Positions 1 through 12,120 of a stretch of DNA of 64,000 nt are shown in pieces. The notes beneath the pieces were generated by a model. The model was not told where the DNA came from, searched no databases, and saw only the letters and a list, made by a program, of their open reading frames with translations. Location of the stretch: NCBI GenBank assembly GCA_051750305.1, contig JBNJJM010000009.1, forward strand, positions 32,188 through 96,187, in the 5' to 3' direction. How positions within the stretch are numbered: position 1 is the first letter of the stretch; each line of letters opens with the position of its first letter. This DNA comes from Pseudomonadota bacterium (GTDB lineage: Bacteria; Pseudomonadota; Gammaproteobacteria; Pseudomonadales; Oleiphilaceae). The position numbers and the translations under genes are program-made.

Positions 1-2
1 CG

Positions 3-611
3 TTTACCAACTCCCTTCTGCCGTCTTTCAAGAGCGAAGGGGAGTTGGCCAATGGGCCGCTGGAAGTGCGTTTTAATGATGATGGTTCAGGAAATTTGTC
101 TTACAGCGTATTCGATAACACCGGAAGCGCAACGCCCCTTGTTGGTCCTAAACCATATCAAGCCGGCATATCCAACAAGTTGTTCAGTGAAAATCCAGGC
201 GATGGGGCAGAGTATCAGGGTTTCCAGTTTGAGATTTCAGGTAACCCGGCGGATGGGGATGTCTTTACCATCGACTTTAACGAGAATGGGGTGTCCGACA
301 ATCGCAATGCGGAGTTTCTGGCGGCGCTTGGCACCGCCAACACCATGAACGGTGGTACCCAGAACTTCACCGAAGGCTATGCCGGACTGGTGGAAGCGGT
401 GGGGGTAAAAACCCGCCAGAGTCAGCTGGACAGTGACGCCGGCAAGACCTTGCTGGAGCAGTCCACCAATCAGCGGGAATCGGTCTCCGGGGTGAACCTG
501 GATGAAGAGGCCGGCAAGCTGATTCAGTATCAGGCAGCCTACAACGCCTCTGCTCAGGTCATGAGCGTGGCGCAGGATTTGTTCAATACTCTGTTGCAGA
601 GTTTCCGGTAA
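3..611 (+). CDS. flgK: Flagellar hook-associated protein FlgK, C-terminal part (5' truncated by window edge)
   Basis: Frame is open from position 3. C-terminal flagellar basal-body/hook motif SVSGVNLDEEAGKLIQYQAAYNASAQVM. Directly upstream of flgL. Confidence 0.93.
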   Translation, partial: FTNSLLPSFKSEGELANGPLEVRFNDDGSGNLSYSVFDNTGSATPLVGPKPYQAGISNKLFSENPGDGAEYQGFQFEISGNPADGDVFTIDFNENGVSDNRNAEFLAALGTANTMNGGTQNFTEGYAGLVEAVGVKTRQSQLDSDAGKTLLEQSTNQRESVSGVNLDEEAGKLIQYQAAYNASAQVMSVAQDLFNTLLQSFR

Positions 612-630
612 CAGAGGGAGGTGATGTGAC

Positions 631-1854
631 ATGATCAGAATTTCATCACAGCAGGTGTTTTCAGGCGGGATTAACCGGATTCAGGATCTTAACAGCGGCC
701 TGAACAAGACGTCTGAGCAGGTCTCAACCGGTAAACGGGTGAATCGTCCCTCGGATGACCCGGTGGCCGCAGCGCGCATTCTCAAGCTCGACCAGGAGCT
801 CGGGCGTGTGGATACCTACCAGCGCAACGCTGAGCTGGCGGATAATCGCCTGCAGCAGGAAGAGAGCACGCTGGGCAGTGCCATAGATGTCATTCAGCGG
901 GTGCGGGAGCTGACGGTGCAGGCTGGCAGCGGGTCCTTGTCTGCCAATGACCGCCAGTCACTTGCATCGGAAATGAAAGAGCGCCTGGGCCAGCTGGCCA
1001 ATATCGCGAACACCAAAGATGCCTCCGGCGAGTATATCTTCAGCGGCTTCCAGGGCAATCAACAGGCGTTTACCCAGAATGTGTCCGGTGACTATGTCTA
1101 TCAGGGTGACGAAGGGCAGCGGGTGCTGGAAATTGATGACGGTGTAACGGTTCCGATCAGCGATAACGGCAAGGAGATTTTTGTCGACGTTGCCGCGGCA
1201 GAATCTACGTTCTTCGCCGAAGCATCGAAATCGAATGAATCAGGCGCTCGTATCAGTTCCGGGATGGTTGTGGACAGGGCCGCGTTCGATGCGCTCTACC
1301 CCGATGATATTTCGATTCAGGTGGTCGATGACGGCGGGTTGAAGGTCGAGGCGTTTAACCGTCGTACCGGCGACCCGTTGACCGTCGATCCGGAGGGATA
1401 TTCGAATGGCGGAAGTTTTGAGATAGCTGGCGCTCAGGTTGAGATTTTCGGAGCGGAGGAAAAAGACGAGTTCACGCTGAAAACCGCAGAAAAACAGTCT
1501 GTCTTTACCTCCATTGAGAAACTGATCTACGGCCTGGAAAATATCGATAAGTCAGCCGCCGGCGGTCAGGAAGCCTACGACGATCTCATCGCCAACTCGC
1601 TGACCAACCTGGACAATGCCCAGGAAAGCATTGTGCTCAAGCAGACCGAGCTCGGAGGGCGGATGAACGCGGTGGAATCCACCCAGTCGTTCCTTGAGGA
1701 TTCGTCTGTCTACAGCAATGAAATCCGTTCCCAGTTGCAGGATGTGGACTACGCCGAGGCCATCAGTAACCTGAGCTTCCAGAGCTTTGTACTACAGGCG
1801 GCGCAGCAGTCGTTTGCCCAGGTCTCGAGGCTGTCATTGTTTGACCGCCTCTAA
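631..1854 (+). CDS. flgL: Flagellar hook-associated protein 3 FlgL
   Basis: MIRISSQQVF, QVSTGKRVNRPSDDPVAAAR flagellin-type N-terminus. C-terminal DVDYAEAISNLSFQSFVLQAAQQSFAQVSRLSLFDRL. GGAGG RBS. Confidence 0.95.
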   Translation: MIRISSQQVFSGGINRIQDLNSGLNKTSEQVSTGKRVNRPSDDPVAAARILKLDQELGRVDTYQRNAELADNRLQQEESTLGSAIDVIQRVRELTVQAGSGSLSANDRQSLASEMKERLGQLANIANTKDASGEYIFSGFQGNQQAFTQNVSGDYVYQGDEGQRVLEIDDGVTVPISDNGKEIFVDVAAAESTFFAEASKSNESGARISSGMVVDRAAFDALYPDDISIQVVDDGGLKVEAFNRRTGDPLTVDPEGYSNGGSFEIAGAQVEIFGAEEKDEFTLKTAEKQSVFTSIEKLIYGLENIDKSAAGGQEAYDDLIANSLTNLDNAQESIVLKQTELGGRMNAVESTQSFLEDSSVYSNEIRSQLQDVDYAEAISNLSFQSFVLQAAQQSFAQVSRLSLFDRL

Positions 1855-1892
1855 AAAACTGTAGCCGGAACAGGGAAGTCCGGCGCTGGTTA

Positions 1893-1920
1893 TTGCTTTC
1901 AGGTTCAGGCTCAGTATAAT
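1893..1920 (+). promoter_or_regulatory. sigma70 promoter of tRNA-Leu (possibly continuing into queA operon)
   Basis: TTGCTT(1893-1898)-16 bp-TATAAT(1915-1920), followed by C-rich discriminator CCCCAGC. Confidence 0.65.
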
Positions 1921-1937
1921 CCCCAGCACTCTCCGAT

Positions 1938-2024
1938 GGCGGCGTGGTGAAATTGGTAGACACGACGGATTCAAAATCCGTTGGGGTAAAACCCGTGGCG
2001 GTTCGAGTCCGCCCGCCGCTACCA
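1938..2024 (+). tRNA. tRNA-Leu(CAA)
   Basis: Cloverleaf folds by eye: anticodon stem ACGGA/TCCGT with loop TTCAAAA, long variable arm, T-arm GGCGG-TTCGAGT-CCGCC, encoded CCA; 87 nt. Confidence 0.96.
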
Positions 2025-2065
2025 CTTACAAGCCGCAGTACGCGGTGTCGTGAACAGTCCATTCA

Positions 2066-4290
<2,225 letters not shown>

Positions 4291-4363
4291 TGACCCTGCT
4301 CAGGCAGGCTGAAATGACTTACTCACGACTGAAAACAGTTATCTCAATTAACGGAGACTTTGA

Positions 4364-4726
4364 ATGAAATCGATCAAGCTGCTTGTTGCTGCCCTTATTG
4401 CGTTTCTGCCGTCACTGGCCATGGCCCAGGATCCGGCCGCCCAGGGCATGGGTGTGATGGGGCAGGTGATCTTCTTCGCCGGCTTTATTCTGATTTTCTA
4501 CTTCCTGATCTGGCGTCCGCAGTCCAAGCGTGCAAAAGAGCACAAGGCGCTGATGTCTGGCCTGAACAAGGGTGACGAAGTAGTGACTTCCGGTGGTGTT
4601 GCCGGTCGAATCACCAAGGTGACCGACGATTTCATCGTGGTTGAAGTCGCCGACAACGTGGAAATCAAGGTTCAGAAAGTAGCTGTTGCTGCCGCGCTCC
4701 CCAAAGGCACGCTGAAAGATATCTGA
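4364..4726 (+). CDS. yajC: Preprotein translocase subunit YajC
   Basis: FYFLIWRPQSKRAKEH, GDEVVTSGG. Lies between tgt and secD. Confidence 0.95.
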   Translation: MKSIKLLVAALIAFLPSLAMAQDPAAQGMGVMGQVIFFAGFILIFYFLIWRPQSKRAKEHKALMSGLNKGDEVVTSGGVAGRITKVTDDFIVVEVADNVEIKVQKVAVAAALPKGTLKDI

Positions 4727-4802
4727 ACCGGCACCTCGCCAGACTGAATTTGCCAAGCTGACATTTCAGAGCCGGTCCGCGGGCCGGCTATAAAGGGAAC
4801 CC

Positions 4803-6674
4803 ATGCTTAACAAGTACCCGCTCTGGAAAAACCTGATTATCCTGATCGCGCTGGTGATCGGGTTTATCTATGCCTTGCCCAACCTGTTTCCTGATGACCA
4901 CGCCATTCAGATTACCGGTGCCAGAAGCAGCACCGAGATTAATCAGCGTATTCTCGACCGCGCGCTGGATGCCATGGAAGCCGAAGGTATCAACGTCAAA
5001 AGCAGTGAGCTTCAGGACAGGAACGGGCTGATCCGGGTACAAAACGGTGATGACCAGCTCAAGGCGCGCCCGGTTGTCCAGGAAGCACTGGGCAATGACT
5101 ACCTGGTAGCCCTTAATATGGCACCTTCTACGCCCGATTGGCTGCGCAGCCTGGGTGCAGGTCCGATGAAACTCGGTCTCGATCTTCGCGGCGGTGTGCA
5201 CTTCCTGCTGGAGGTGGATATGGATACGGCTGTCGAGCAACGACTTGAGGCCATGTCCGGACAGATCAAGCGCGAGCTACGGGAGGAGCGTATCCGTTAT
5301 CGCGGTGGTGATCTTGACGGCCGCGAAATCACTCTCAGCTTCCGGGACGCAGATTCCCGCAGCGAAGCCTTTGACCTGATTCGTCGCCAGTACGACCAGT
5401 TCCTGATGGACGAGCAGACCGACGGCGATGAGCTGAAGATTGTTCTGTCCCTGTCGGAGCAGGAAGTGAAATCCATTCAGGACTACGCGCTGGAGCAGAA
5501 CCTGACCACGATCCGTAACCGGGTAAATGAACTTGGCGTGGCTGAGCCGCTGGTTCAGCGTCAGGGCGCGGATCGCATTATTGTTGAGCTGCCCGGTGTG
5601 CAGGACACGGCCCAGGCGAAGCGGGTTCTGGGTGCAACGGCCAATCTCGAGTTCCGTCTTGAGGCACGTCAGGATGCATCAGCGGCCGAGACGGAGTCCT
5701 TCGGGTTCCGTGACAATCAGCAGCGTACCGCCCGTCTTGAGCGGGAAGTCATTGTGACCGGTAATAACGTCTCCAACGCGCAGCAGGCCTTTGATGAAAA
5801 TGGCCAGCCGCAGGTCAATATCACCATGGATTCGGTCGGTGGTGATCTGATGAACCGTGCCACCCGCAATGCCATCCAGCGTCGCATGGCGGTCCTGTTC
5901 ATTGAATACAAGACGGAAACCAGCCAGGAGGTGGTTGACGGAGAAGTGCAAGCCGTTGAGGAGCGGGTGGTTGAGAAGGGCATAATCAGCCTTGCGACCA
6001 TCCAGTCGGCGCTCGGTAGCAGCTTCCGCATAACCGGCCTGGATTCCATACCGGAAGCGTCGGAACTGGCGCTGTTGTTGCGGGCCGGTTCACTGGCCGC
6101 CCCCATGTACTTCGTACAGGAACGCACCATTGGCCCCAGCCTGGGTCAGAAAAACATTGATGCCGGCATGATGTCGGTAGCGCTGGGCTTCACGCTGGTG
6201 CTGATCTACATGGTGCTCTACTACCGCGGGTTCGGCCTGATTGCCAACGTGGCCCTGACCCTGAACCTGATGATGCTGATTGCCTGTATGTCGATTCTCT
6301 CGGCCACGCTGACCCTGCCGGGCATTGCCGGTATCGTGTTGACGGTGGGTATGGCGGTAGACGCCAACGTGCTGATCTTTGAGCGAATACGGGAGGAGCT
6401 GAAAGCCGGGGTGCCGCCGCAGTCGGCCATCAATGCCGGTTATTCCCGTGCATTCGTGTCGATTGTCGATGCCAACATCACCACACTGCTGGTAGCGGTC
6501 ATTCTGTTTGCCATGGGTTCCGGTCCGGTGAAGGGCTTCGCCATCACCTTGTGCCTCGGTATTCTCACCTCGATGTTCTCAGGCCTGATGGTCAGTCGCA
6601 GCATCGTGAACCTGGTATACGGCGGTCGTAAGATCGGGAAGCTGTCGATCGGAGGGAAACTGGCTAATGTCTGA
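4803..6674 (+). CDS. secD: Protein translocase subunit SecD
   Basis: MLNKYPLWK, KLGLDLRGGVHFLLEVD, RNRVNELGVAEP, GMAVDANVLIFERIREE. Confidence 0.97.
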   Translation: MLNKYPLWKNLIILIALVIGFIYALPNLFPDDHAIQITGARSSTEINQRILDRALDAMEAEGINVKSSELQDRNGLIRVQNGDDQLKARPVVQEALGNDYLVALNMAPSTPDWLRSLGAGPMKLGLDLRGGVHFLLEVDMDTAVEQRLEAMSGQIKRELREERIRYRGGDLDGREITLSFRDADSRSEAFDLIRRQYDQFLMDEQTDGDELKIVLSLSEQEVKSIQDYALEQNLTTIRNRVNELGVAEPLVQRQGADRIIVELPGVQDTAQAKRVLGATANLEFRLEARQDASAAETESFGFRDNQQRTARLEREVIVTGNNVSNAQQAFDENGQPQVNITMDSVGGDLMNRATRNAIQRRMAVLFIEYKTETSQEVVDGEVQAVEERVVEKGIISLATIQSALGSSFRITGLDSIPEASELALLLRAGSLAAPMYFVQERTIGPSLGQKNIDAGMMSVALGFTLVLIYMVLYYRGFGLIANVALTLNLMMLIACMSILSATLTLPGIAGIVLTVGMAVDANVLIFERIREELKAGVPPQSAINAGYSRAFVSIVDANITTLLVAVILFAMGSGPVKGFAITLCLGILTSMFSGLMVSRSIVNLVYGGRKIGKLSIGGKLANV

Positions 6675-7620
6675 TACACAGAAGAAGCCTATAGATTTCA
6701 TGGGAATACGGAAGATCGCATCTGTATTCTCCATCGCCCTGATTATTGTTTCTATTGTCCTGCTGGCCACTCGTGGCCTGAACCTGGGCATGGACTTTAC
6801 CGGTGGCACGTCCGTTGAGCTGGAGTACCAGGAGCCGCCAGGGCTGGATGAGGTACGTGACACCCTGAATGATGCCGGTTACAGCAACTTTGTGGTGCAG
6901 AATTTCGGCTCTGACACAACAATTCTGGTGCGGATGCGCGAGTCCGGAAATGACGAGCTCGCCAGAGAAGTGACGCAAGCGCTGACGGAGTCCGGCGCCG
7001 AGCTTGAACTGGTCAGTTCCGAGTTTGTCGGTTCGCAGGTCGGCGAGGAGCTCAAGGAAGACAGCGGCCTGGGGCTGTTGATCGCCCTGGCAGTGGTGCT
7101 GATTTACGTCGGCATGCGGTTCCAGTTCAAGTTCGGAATCGCTTCGGTGCTGCCGCTGGCGCACGACGTGATCATCGTGCTGGGCGTGTTTGCCCTGTTC
7201 CAGTGGACCTTCGACTTGTCGGTGCTGGCAGCCTTGCTTGCGGTTATTGGCTACTCGCTGAACGACACCATAGTGGTTGCCGATCGCATCCGGGAAAACT
7301 TCCGCAAGCTGAGGGAAGGGGACTCCTGGTTCATCATCAACGAGTCCATCCATCAGACCATCCGGCGTACCATCAATACATCCGGTACCACGTTGGTTGT
7401 GCTGCTGGCGCTGTATTTCTTCGGCGGTGAGGCGATTAACAACTTTGCTATTGCGTTGATGATCGGTGTGGTTGTGGGTACCTATTCCTCCATCTACGTG
7501 TCAGCCAATATGCTCATGGTGCTCGGTGTGAGTCGTCAGGATCTGATGTTGCCGGCCAAAGAAGGTGCTGAGGACCAGGAAGAGGACGAGCAGCCTCCGG
7601 AATGGCTTAACCGGATGTAA
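6667..7620 (+). CDS. secF: Protein translocase subunit SecF
   Basis: GLNLGMDFTGG, IGYSLNDTIVVADRIRE, GTYSSIYV. Overlaps the secD stop. Confidence 0.97.
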   Translation: MSDTQKKPIDFMGIRKIASVFSIALIIVSIVLLATRGLNLGMDFTGGTSVELEYQEPPGLDEVRDTLNDAGYSNFVVQNFGSDTTILVRMRESGNDELAREVTQALTESGAELELVSSEFVGSQVGEELKEDSGLGLLIALAVVLIYVGMRFQFKFGIASVLPLAHDVIIVLGVFALFQWTFDLSVLAALLAVIGYSLNDTIVVADRIRENFRKLREGDSWFIINESIHQTIRRTINTSGTTLVVLLALYFFGGEAINNFAIALMIGVVVGTYSSIYVSANMLMVLGVSRQDLMLPAKEGAEDQEEDEQPPEWLNRM

Positions 7621-7636
7621 GTCCGGTTCGCGCCCC

Positions 7637-7674
7637 AAAAAAAGCCGCATCCTGAAACAGGGTGCGGCTTTTTT
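7637..7674. terminator. Bidirectional intrinsic terminator between convergent secF and suhB
   Basis: A7-GCCGCATCCTG-AAA-CAGGGTGCGGC-T6. Confidence 0.9.
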
Positions 7675-7684
7675 CGTTATGGCG

Positions 7685-8485
7685 TCAGCGGGGCAGGCGG
7701 CCACGGAAGGGGTGCAGAACCTTGAGTACTTCACGGAACAGCTTCGGGTTGGCAACCACCAGCTGACGGGCCTGCCCGGTGGACGGGTTGCCGGAGAAGT
7801 CGCCGGTCAGTGCGCCGGATTCCATTGCCAGGCTGATGCCTATGTCGAGGTCCGCGGCTTCGGGGCGGAAAATGATCGCCGCATCCAGATGGCCGGCAGA
7901 CACCCGGGCAATATCCAGTGCGACGCAGCCGGAGGTGCGGAACATGCCGGTTTCGCGGGCGATGACAGACGCCATTTCACCCCACAGCAGAGGGTCGTCG
8001 CCGCTGCGGGCCTGATCCAGCAGGTTGCTGGAGACAGCGGCCTGCTGTGTCTGCCGGATTTCACTGGTGCGGACGCGGCGGCTGTTCAGTGCGGCCCCGT
8101 GGCCGCGGCTGGCAGAGTATTCCTCGCCGGTGATCGGGTTGACCAGCAGCAGGTTCTCTGCCCGGTTGTTCTTCTTCTGCACCAGGGCCAGCGCAAAATC
8201 CGGAATGCCCCGGAGAAAATTCTCGCGCCCCAGAAGCGGAAAGATGTGCCAGCTCTTGTCACTGCCGGCGGCATCGGACTCACCCATCGGAGCGATGGTG
8301 TGATCCTTGTAGGCTTTCTCGAGCTGTTCGGTGAAATTGCCATAAATCGACGTTTCGACCCGCTCCAGTTGGCTGCGACGATCTGCGTCGTCCTTGCCGT
8401 TGGGCTCCTGTCGCTCGAAATGGGCTTTCAGATAGTCAGACCCCTGACGCGCGACGCGCAGGGCCATTTTGATTGCTGGTTGCAT
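7685..8485 (-). CDS. suhB: Inositol-monophosphatase-family protein SuhB, catalytic motifs degenerate
   Basis: MQPAIKMALRVARQG start; ASRGHGAALN, FRTSGCVALDIARVSAGHLDA, ESGALTGDFSG follow the SuhB layout. Divergent from trmJ, the canonical suhB position. DPLDGT motif reads FPLLGR. Start placed at ATG 8485. Confidence 0.85.
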   Translation of the reverse strand: MQPAIKMALRVARQGSDYLKAHFERQEPNGKDDADRRSQLERVETSIYGNFTEQLEKAYKDHTIAPMGESDAAGSDKSWHIFPLLGRENFLRGIPDFALALVQKKNNRAENLLLVNPITGEEYSASRGHGAALNSRRVRTSEIRQTQQAAVSSNLLDQARSGDDPLLWGEMASVIARETGMFRTSGCVALDIARVSAGHLDAAIIFRPEAADLDIGISLAMESGALTGDFSGNPSTGQARQLVVANPKLFREVLKVLHPFRGRLPR

Positions 8486-8668
8486 CTGAGTGTTCATTAT
8501 CCGGGTGTATGAAGGTCGCGTATCATAGCAAAAGATCACCCTCCTTGTATGTTTTTTGCCTTAGCAATGTCACGGATATCAGCGGGTTTCGGGATGTTCT
8601 GAGAGGCAAGGGCGCGGAAAAATCTGCTATCATTGCGGCCCCGAAATCAAACACAGAGACCTTGTTTC

Positions 8669-9532
8669 ATGCACAAGCCGGCACTTCCGCAGGAAGGCAC
8701 AGAGACGTTCCAGGACCAGATCCGCATCGTATTGGTGGAAACTTCCCACTCGGGGAACATTGGCGCCGTCGCCCGTGGTATGAAGAACATGGGGTTGGGA
8801 AATCTGTGGCTGGTGAATCCGGTGTCGTTTCCCGATGAGGCGTCCTATGCCCGTTCTGCCGGCGCGTCGGATGTGCTGGACAATGCCCATGTGGTTTCGT
8901 CACTGGATGAAGCCCTGGCCGATTGCGTGTTGGTGATGGGCACCAGCGCCCGCGGCCGCAAGGTGCCCTGGCCGGTAATTGCCCCGCCGGAAGCGGCTGC
9001 CAAGGCCGCGGAACATACCCCGGCGGGCCCGGTGGCGCTGGTGTTCGGTCGCGAGAATCACGGTCTGAGTAATGAAGAGCTGCAGCGCTGTCATTTTCAT
9101 ATCCATATTCCCTCCAATCCGGATTACAGCTCACTGAATCTGGCCATGGCGGTTCAGGTTGTGACCTATGAAATGCGAATGCATTATCTGCGGGGCCTTG
9201 AAGGCGGTGAGGGCAGCCCATACTTAAAGGCCATGACGGTGCCCGGTGATGAGGGGTGGGATGTGCCACTGGCGCCCGTCCATGATGTGGAAGGGTTCTT
9301 CGGGCATCTGGAGCAGGTGCTGGTGGATATTGAATTTCACCGCCGTGAGAATCCGAGGCAACTGATGACCCGGCTACGCCGCCTGTTCCAGAGGTCGAAG
9401 CTCGACCAGATGGAAATCAACATTCTCCGCGGCATTCTGACAGCAGTTCAGAAATCCGCGGGAGCAAACACCACCGGCCCCTCGGAGCCGGCCGGGAACC
9501 CCACGAGTGGGCAGGAAGAAGATCATGTTTGA
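8669..9532 (+). CDS. trmJ: tRNA (cytidine/uridine-32-2'-O)-methyltransferase TrmJ (SPOUT family)
   Basis: [51 protein letters not shown]. Start placed at ATG 8669. Confidence 0.92.
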   Translation: MHKPALPQEGTETFQDQIRIVLVETSHSGNIGAVARGMKNMGLGNLWLVNPVSFPDEASYARSAGASDVLDNAHVVSSLDEALADCVLVMGTSARGRKVPWPVIAPPEAAAKAAEHTPAGPVALVFGRENHGLSNEELQRCHFHIHIPSNPDYSSLNLAMAVQVVTYEMRMHYLRGLEGGEGSPYLKAMTVPGDEGWDVPLAPVHDVEGFFGHLEQVLVDIEFHRRENPRQLMTRLRRLFQRSKLDQMEINILRGILTAVQKSAGANTTGPSEPAGNPTSGQEEDHV

Positions 9533-10304
9533 GCGATTGAGGGAAGACGTCAGTAGTGTGTTTCACCGGGACCCGGCTGCCAGAAACACATTTGAGGTGC
9601 TGACGAATTATCCGGGGTTGCACGCACTGCTGTTCCACCGGTTCTCACACTGGCTCTGGAGCCTTGGTCTCAAGTGGCTGGCGCGAACGATCTCCACGCT
9701 CGCCCGCTGGTTTACGGGGATCGAAATTCACCCCGGTGCCACCATCGGTCGGCGCTTTTTCATTGACCACGGCATGGGTGTGGTCATTGGCGAAACGGCG
9801 GTCATCGGAGACGACGTTACGCTTTATCAGGGGGTGACGCTGGGTGGAACCAGCTGGAACAAGGGTAAACGCCACCCCACCATTGGTAATGGCGTTGTGG
9901 TTGGAGCCGGTGCAAAGATTCTCGGGCCTTTTGAGGTTGGCGAAGGCGCCAAGGTGGGTTCCAACTCTGTAGTCACCAAGGCGGTGCCGGCTGGCGCAAC
10001 GGTGGTCGGCATTCCCGGGCGGATCATTGTCAAGCGTAAGCCTGCCGAAGGGGATGAGGTCCGCCGTAAGGAAATGGAAGAGCGGATGGGTTTCGATGCC
10101 TACGGGGTAACCGAGGAAATGCCGGATCCCGTGGCCCGCGCCATGCGCAGTTTGCTGGATCACATGCATGCGGTGGATGACCGCATAGAGAACATGTGCA
10201 AGGCGCTTCGCAAAGTTAACAGCGAATACCAGAATGGCGCACTGCCGCCGCTGGATGAAGAGGATTTTGACTGCGTTCGGGACGAAGAGCCCCGCAACCG
10301 GTGA
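9525..10304 (+). CDS. cysE: Serine O-acetyltransferase
   Basis: [42 protein letters not shown] hexapeptide repeats. ATG 9525 overlaps the trmJ end. Confidence 0.95.
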   Translation: MFERLREDVSSVFHRDPAARNTFEVLTNYPGLHALLFHRFSHWLWSLGLKWLARTISTLARWFTGIEIHPGATIGRRFFIDHGMGVVIGETAVIGDDVTLYQGVTLGGTSWNKGKRHPTIGNGVVVGAGAKILGPFEVGEGAKVGSNSVVTKAVPAGATVVGIPGRIIVKRKPAEGDEVRRKEMEERMGFDAYGVTEEMPDPVARAMRSLLDHMHAVDDRIENMCKALRKVNSEYQNGALPPLDEEDFDCVRDEEPRNR

Positions 10305-10337
10305 ATACTTGACTGTTTTGGTGGGTCAATTCATACT
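10305..10337 (+). promoter_or_regulatory. iscR promoter with overlapping type-1 IscR operator
   Basis: TTGACT(10309-10314)-17 bp-CATACT(10332-10337). ATACTTGACTGTTTTGGTGGGTCAA resembles the type-1 IscR site ATASYYGACTRWWWYAGTCRRSTAT. Confidence 0.75.
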
Positions 10338-10381
10338 CGGCGCTGTGAATTCTGATTCATTCCCTCATCGGGGCTGAGACT

Positions 10382-10879
10382 ATGAAGCTGACCACCAAAG
10401 GCCGCTATGCCGTTACGGCGATGCTGGATCTGGCTCTCCATGGAGACCACGGGCCGGTCAGTCTCGCGGACATTTCAGCCCGCCAGGAAATCTCCCTCTC
10501 GTATCTTGAGCAACTGTTTTCCCGTCTGCGCAGGCACAAGCTCGTCGTCAGCATCCGGGGCCCGGGTGGTGGCTATCGGCTCAGTCGCGATGCGGCCTCT
10601 GTGTTTGTTGCCGAGGTAGTGGATGCGGTCAGCGAGTCCCTCGATACCACCCGTTGCGGGAACAAAGGTGACTGCCAGAACGGTGAGAAGTGTCTCACGC
10701 ATCATTTGTGGTCCGACCTGAGCGACCAGATCCACCAGTTCCTCAGTGAGATCAGCCTGGCTGATCTGATGAAAAAACGGGAAATCCAGACAGTGGCGGG
10801 CCGCCAGGACCGTCGCCAGTCGGAGTCCGATTCCCAGACTATCAATACCGAGCGGCTGAACGAACAGACGCCGGCCTGA
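10382..10879 (+). CDS. iscR: Fe-S cluster assembly transcription factor IscR (Rrf2 family)
   Basis: [34 protein letters not shown]. Cluster ligands C-x5-C-x5-C-x2-H intact. Confidence 0.96.
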   Translation: MKLTTKGRYAVTAMLDLALHGDHGPVSLADISARQEISLSYLEQLFSRLRRHKLVVSIRGPGGGYRLSRDAASVFVAEVVDAVSESLDTTRCGNKGDCQNGEKCLTHHLWSDLSDQIHQFLSEISLADLMKKREIQTVAGRQDRRQSESDSQTINTERLNEQTPA

Positions 10880-10902
10880 ACCAAGTTAATCTCGATACCA
10901 TT

Positions 10903-12051
10903 ATGAAAAAGCCCGTCTATATGGATTACGCGGCGACGACGCCCGTTGATCCCGCCGTTGCCGAAGAAATGGTCCGCTACCTGACACCCGATGGCGTGTT
11001 CGGTAACCCGGCATCGCGCTCCCACGCCTTTGGCTGGCAAGCGGAAGCTGCCGTGGAGAATGCGCGTAAGCAGGTCGCTGAACTGATTCACGCTGACCCG
11101 CGGGAGATTGTATGGACATCCGGCGCGACCGAATCAGATAACCTGGCAATCAAGGGTGCGGTGGCCGGGAAGTCGGCGGCCCATGTGGTGACCTCGGTAA
11201 TCGAGCACAAGGCGGTGCTGGACACCTGTAAATGGCTGGAGGCGCAGGGCGTTGAGGTTACCTGGCTGACACCCCGTGCGGACGGTCGGATCAGCGCCGA
11301 TCAGGTTGAGGGGGCGCTTCGTGATAACACGGTGCTGGTCAGTCTTATGATGGTCAATAACGAGCTGGGTTGCGTTACCGATATCGCTGCCATTGGCGCG
11401 CTGCTGCGGGAGCGGGGCGTACTGTTCCACGTCGATGCCGCCCAGGCCGCCGGCAAGATGGCGATTGATGTGACCCGTATGCCAGTGGATCTGTTGTCAC
11501 TTTCGGCGCACAAGGTATACGGCCCCAAGGGCGTGGGTGCGCTTTACGTGCGTCGTTCCCCGGATGTGCGGATTGAGGCCCAGATTCACGGTGGCGGTCA
11601 TGAGCGAGGGATGCGTTCCGGTACGCTGCCCACCCATCAGATCGTGGGCATGGGCTCGGCGTTCGCTATCGCTCAAGAACGGCTGGCTGACGACACGGCG
11701 CTTCTGGAAGAGTTGCGCGCCCGGTTTATTGATGGCCTTGGCGGACTTGAAGGGGTGTCGCTCAATGGCAGCACCGACGCCCGTGTTCCCGGAATAATGA
11801 ATCTTTCCTTCGCCGGCGTCGATGCCGAGTCCCTGATGCTGGGCCTGCGGGAGTTGGCGGTCTCCTCCGGATCGGCCTGTGCGTCGGCGACCATCGAGCC
11901 CTCTTTCGTATTGCGGGGAATTGGCCTTGACGACGAGCAGGCTCATCGCGCCCTGCGCTTTTCGCTGGGTCGCTTCAGCACCCGCGAAGAAGTGGATTTC
12001 GCAGTTGCACAAATCATTGAAGTTGTTGGGCGTCTCCGCTCGGTGCGGTAG
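10903..12051 (+). CDS. iscS: Cysteine desulfurase, IscS subfamily (C-terminally shortened)
   Basis: [21 protein letters not shown] lysine in [10 protein letters not shown], catalytic SSGSAC. Confidence 0.92.
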   Translation: MKKPVYMDYAATTPVDPAVAEEMVRYLTPDGVFGNPASRSHAFGWQAEAAVENARKQVAELIHADPREIVWTSGATESDNLAIKGAVAGKSAAHVVTSVIEHKAVLDTCKWLEAQGVEVTWLTPRADGRISADQVEGALRDNTVLVSLMMVNNELGCVTDIAAIGALLRERGVLFHVDAAQAAGKMAIDVTRMPVDLLSLSAHKVYGPKGVGALYVRRSPDVRIEAQIHGGGHERGMRSGTLPTHQIVGMGSAFAIAQERLADDTALLEELRARFIDGLGGLEGVSLNGSTDARVPGIMNLSFAGVDAESLMLGLRELAVSSGSACASATIEPSFVLRGIGLDDEQAHRALRFSLGRFSTREEVDFAVAQIIEVVGRLRSVR

Positions 12052-12077
12052 GCAGTAGCCTCCGGACTGCGTATAAT
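12049..12077 (+). promoter_or_regulatory. Putative sigma70 promoter of ndk
   Basis: TAGGCA-17 bp-TATAAT(12072-12077). Confidence 0.5.
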
Positions 12078-12120
12078 CCCAACCCTGAATTTTCAACCTG
12101 AACCATACTGGAGAAATACC

